Below, piece by piece: positions 60,701 through 64,000 of a stretch of DNA of 64,000 nt. Every line of letters starts with the position of its first letter. The stretch's first letter is position 1. This stretch comes from Auanema rhodensis (lineage: Eukaryota > Animalia > Nematoda): contig OZ059894.1 in NCBI GenBank assembly GCA_964057225.1, positions 4,216,001 through 4,280,000 of the forward strand, read 5' to 3'. The translations under genes were made by a program, and so were the position numbers. The notes under the pieces are model-generated. The model saw only the letters and a list, made by a program, of their open reading frames with translations, had not been told where the DNA came from and did no database searches.

Positions 60701-63700
60701 AGTTTTAAGCTGCGTCGATCTGTGTTATCAGATTTGCGCTAGCTTAAAAATGCACCGAGATATCAACTGATATAAGTTCACACTTATATCCTCGATTTTC
60801 ACCCTGAAGAAATAATTTTTTCGTTGAATATTATTGTCCATCGTCTTTGCCTTGAAAAATGGAATCTTGAAACATCTACTTTTTGCTAAATTATTTAGAA
60901 ATTTTTCGAAAAAATTTTTGTCAAAATGTTTTTGGAAGCAATGTTGAGTGTACATGGAAACTCAACATACACTAATGCATCATTTTTCAAACGATCATAA
61001 CTAATTTTTGTATCAAGTGTTTCTCAATGTAATATAGTGCATTCGATGCGGATTTTTAAGCTGCGTCGATCTGTGTTATCAGATTTGCGCTAGCTTAAAA
61101 ATGCACCGAGATATCAACTGATATAAGTTCACACTTATATCCTCGATTTTCACCCTGAAGAATTAATTTTTTCGTTGAATAACATTGTCCATCGTCTTTG
61201 CCTTGAAAAATGGAATCTAAAAACATCTACTTTTTGCTAAATTATTTTGAAATTTTTCGAAAAAATTTTTGTCAAAATGTTTTTGGAAGCAATGTTGAGT
61301 GTACATGGAAACTCAACATACACTAATGCATCATTTTTCAAACGATCATAACTAATTTTTGTATCAAGCGTTTTTCAATGTAGTATAGTGCATTCGATGC
61401 GGATTTTTAAGCTGCGTCGATCTGTGTTATCAGATTTGCGCTAGCTTAAAAATGCACCGAGATATCAACTGATATAAGTTCACACTTATATCCTCGATTT
61501 TCACCCTGAAGAAATAATTTTTTCGTTGAATATTATTGTCCATCGTCTTTGCCTTGAAAAATGGAATCTTGAAACATCTACTTTTTGCTAAATTATTTTG
61601 AAATTTTTCGAAAAAATTTTTGTCAAAATGTTTTTGGAAGCAATGTTGAGTGTACATGGAAACTCAACATACACTAATGCATCATTTTTCAAACGGTCAT
61701 AACTAATTTTTGTATCAAGCGTTTCTTAATGTAGTATAGTGCATTCGATCCGGATTTTTAAGCTGCGTCAATCTGTGTTATCAGATTTGCGCTAGCTTAA
61801 AAATGCACCGAGATATCAACTGATATAAGTTCACACTTATATCCTCGATTTTCACCCTGAAGAATTAATTTTTTCGTTGAATAACATTGTCCATCGTCTT
61901 TGCCTTGAAAAATGGAATCTAAAAACATCTACTTTTTGCTAAATTATTTTGAAATTTTTCGAAAAAATTTTGGTCAAAATGTTTTTGGAAGCAATGTTGA
62001 GTGTACATGGAAACTCAACATACACTAATGCATCATTTTTCAAACGATCATAACTAATTTTTGTATCAAGCGTTTTTCAATGTAGTATAGTGCATTCGAT
62101 GCGGATTTTTAAGCTGCGTCGATCTGTGTTATCAGATTTGCGCTAGCTTAAAAATGCACCGAGATATCAACTGATATAAGTTCACACTTATATCCTCGAT
62201 TTTCACCCTGAAGAATTAATTTTTTCGTTGAATAACATTGTCCATCGTCTTTGCCTTGAAAAATGGAATCTAAAAACATCTACTTTTTGTTAAATTATTT
62301 TGAAATTTTTCGAAACAATTTTTGTCAAAATGTTTTTGGAAGCAATGTTGAGTGTACATGGAAACTCAACATACACTAATGCATCATTTTTCAAACGGTC
62401 ATAACTAATTTTTGTATCAAGCGTTTCTTAATGTAGTATAGTGCATTCGATCCGGATTTTTAAGCTGCGTCAATCTGTGTTATCAGATTTGCGCTAGCTT
62501 AAAAATGCACCGAGATATCAACTGATATAAGTTCACACTTATATCCTCGATTTTCACCCTGAAGAAATAATTTTTTCGTTGAATAACATTGTCCATCGTC
62601 TTTGCCTTGAAAAAAGGAATCTAAAAACATTTAATTTTTGCTGAATTATTTTGAAATTTTTCGAAAAAATTTTTGTCAAAATGTTTTTGGAAGCAATGTT
62701 GAGTGTACATGGAAACTCAACATACACTAATGCATCATTTTTCTAACGATCATAACTAATTTTTGTATTAAGCTTTTCTCAATGTAGTATAGTGCATTCG
62801 ATGCGGATTTTTAAGCTGCGTCGATCTGTGTTATCAGATTTGCTCTAGCTTAAAAATGCACCGAGATATCAACTGATATAAGTTCACACTTATATCCTCG
62901 ATTTTCACCCTGAAGAATTAATTTTTTCGTTGAATAACATTGTCCATCGTCTTTGCCTTGAAAAATGGAATCTTAAAACATCTACTTTTTGCTAAATTAT
63001 TTTGAAATTTTTCGAAAAAATTTTTGTCAAAATGTTTTTGGAAGCAATGTTGAGTGTACATGGAAACTCAACATACACTAATGCATCATTTTTCAAACGG
63101 TCATAACTAATTTTTGTATCAAGCGTTTCTTAATGTAGTATAGTGCATTCGATCCGGATTTTTAAGCTGCGTCAATCTGTGTTATCAGATTTGCGCTAGC
63201 TTAAAAATGCACCGAGATATCAACTGATATAAGTTCACACTTATATCCTCGATTTTCACCCTGAAGAAATAATTTTTTCGTTGAATAACATTGTCCATCG
63301 TCTTTGCCTTGAAAAAAGGAATCTAAAAACATCTACTTTTTGCTAAATTATTTTGAAATTTTTCGAAACAATTTTTGTCAAAATGTTTTTGGAAGCAATG
63401 TTGAGTGTACATGGAAACTCAACATACACTAATGCATCATTTTTCTAACGATCATAACTAATTTTTGTATTAAGCTTTTCTCAATGTAGTATAGTGCATT
63501 CGATGCGGATTTTTAAGCTGCGTCGATCTGTGTTATCAGATTTGCGCTAGCTTAAAAATGCACCGAGATATCAACTGATATAAGTTCACACTTATATGCT
63601 CGATTTTCACCCTGAAGAATTAATTTTTTCGTTGAATAACATTGTCCATCGTCTTTGCCTTGAAAAATGGAATCTAAAAACATCTACTTTTTGCTAAATT

Positions 63701-64000
63701 ATTTTGAAATTTTTCGAAACAATTTTTGTCAAAATGTTTTTGGAAGCAATGTTGAGTGTACATGGAAACTCAACATACACTAATGCATCATTTTTCAAAC
63801 GGTCATAACTAATTTTTGTATCAAGCGTTTCTTAATGTAGTATAGTGCATTCGATCCGGATTTTTAAGCTGCGTCAATCTGTGTTATCAGATTTGCGCTA
63901 GCTTAAAAATGCACCGAGATATCAACTGATATAAGTTCACACTTATATCCTCGATTTTCACCCTGAAGAAATAATTTTTTCGTTGAATAACATTGTCCAT
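12711..64000. repeat. 351-bp tandem satellite array, right arm (about 146 monomers; continues beyond window end)
   Basis: Same monomer and orientation as the left arm. Period 351 holds except for one 168-bp truncated monomer (junction about 16695) and a 1-bp deletion near 60137. Confidence 0.99.

Noticed and set aside
57921-61657. Five 75-aa minus-strand ORFs (MYTQHCFQKH...)
   Set aside because: They are satellite monomers in which a substitution (TCTAAAA to TCTTGAA) happens to remove a stop. Most monomers have the frame closed and there is no recognisable domain.
1-64000. CRISPR array interpretation of the repeats
   Set aside because: The units are contiguous 351-bp near-identical monomers with no unique spacers, and there are no cas genes. 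The context is eukaryotic.

Overview
This is AT-rich eukaryotic repetitive DNA. About 55 kb of the window is a very homogeneous tandem satellite (351-bp monomer, about 157 copies, with palindromes and variable higher-order duplications). It is interrupted once, at 3917-12710, by a young, intact BEL/Pao (Belpaoviridae) LTR retrotransposon with two apparently identical 318-bp LTRs, a 5-bp TSD (ACATA), a tRNA-Gly PBS and one 1981-aa Gag-PR-RT-RNaseH-IN ORF. The element has two unusual features. (1) Its 5' leader carries about 1.23 kb of its own RT/RNase H sequence in antisense, circularly permuted order, between two PBS copies. The first PBS copy runs further into the tRNA-Gly sequence, with a mismatch exactly at the m1A58 position. 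This looks like a frozen reverse-transcription template-switch accident, and it would make the element's RNA a long hairpin (a candidate self- or family-silencing locus). (2) Between pol and the 3' LTR is a predicted spliced accessory gene (150 aa, 50-nt intron, Gag-like triple Cys/His cluster) with its own TATA/Inr promoter. The six-frame track shows only its first exon. A nematode host is plausible but is inference only.
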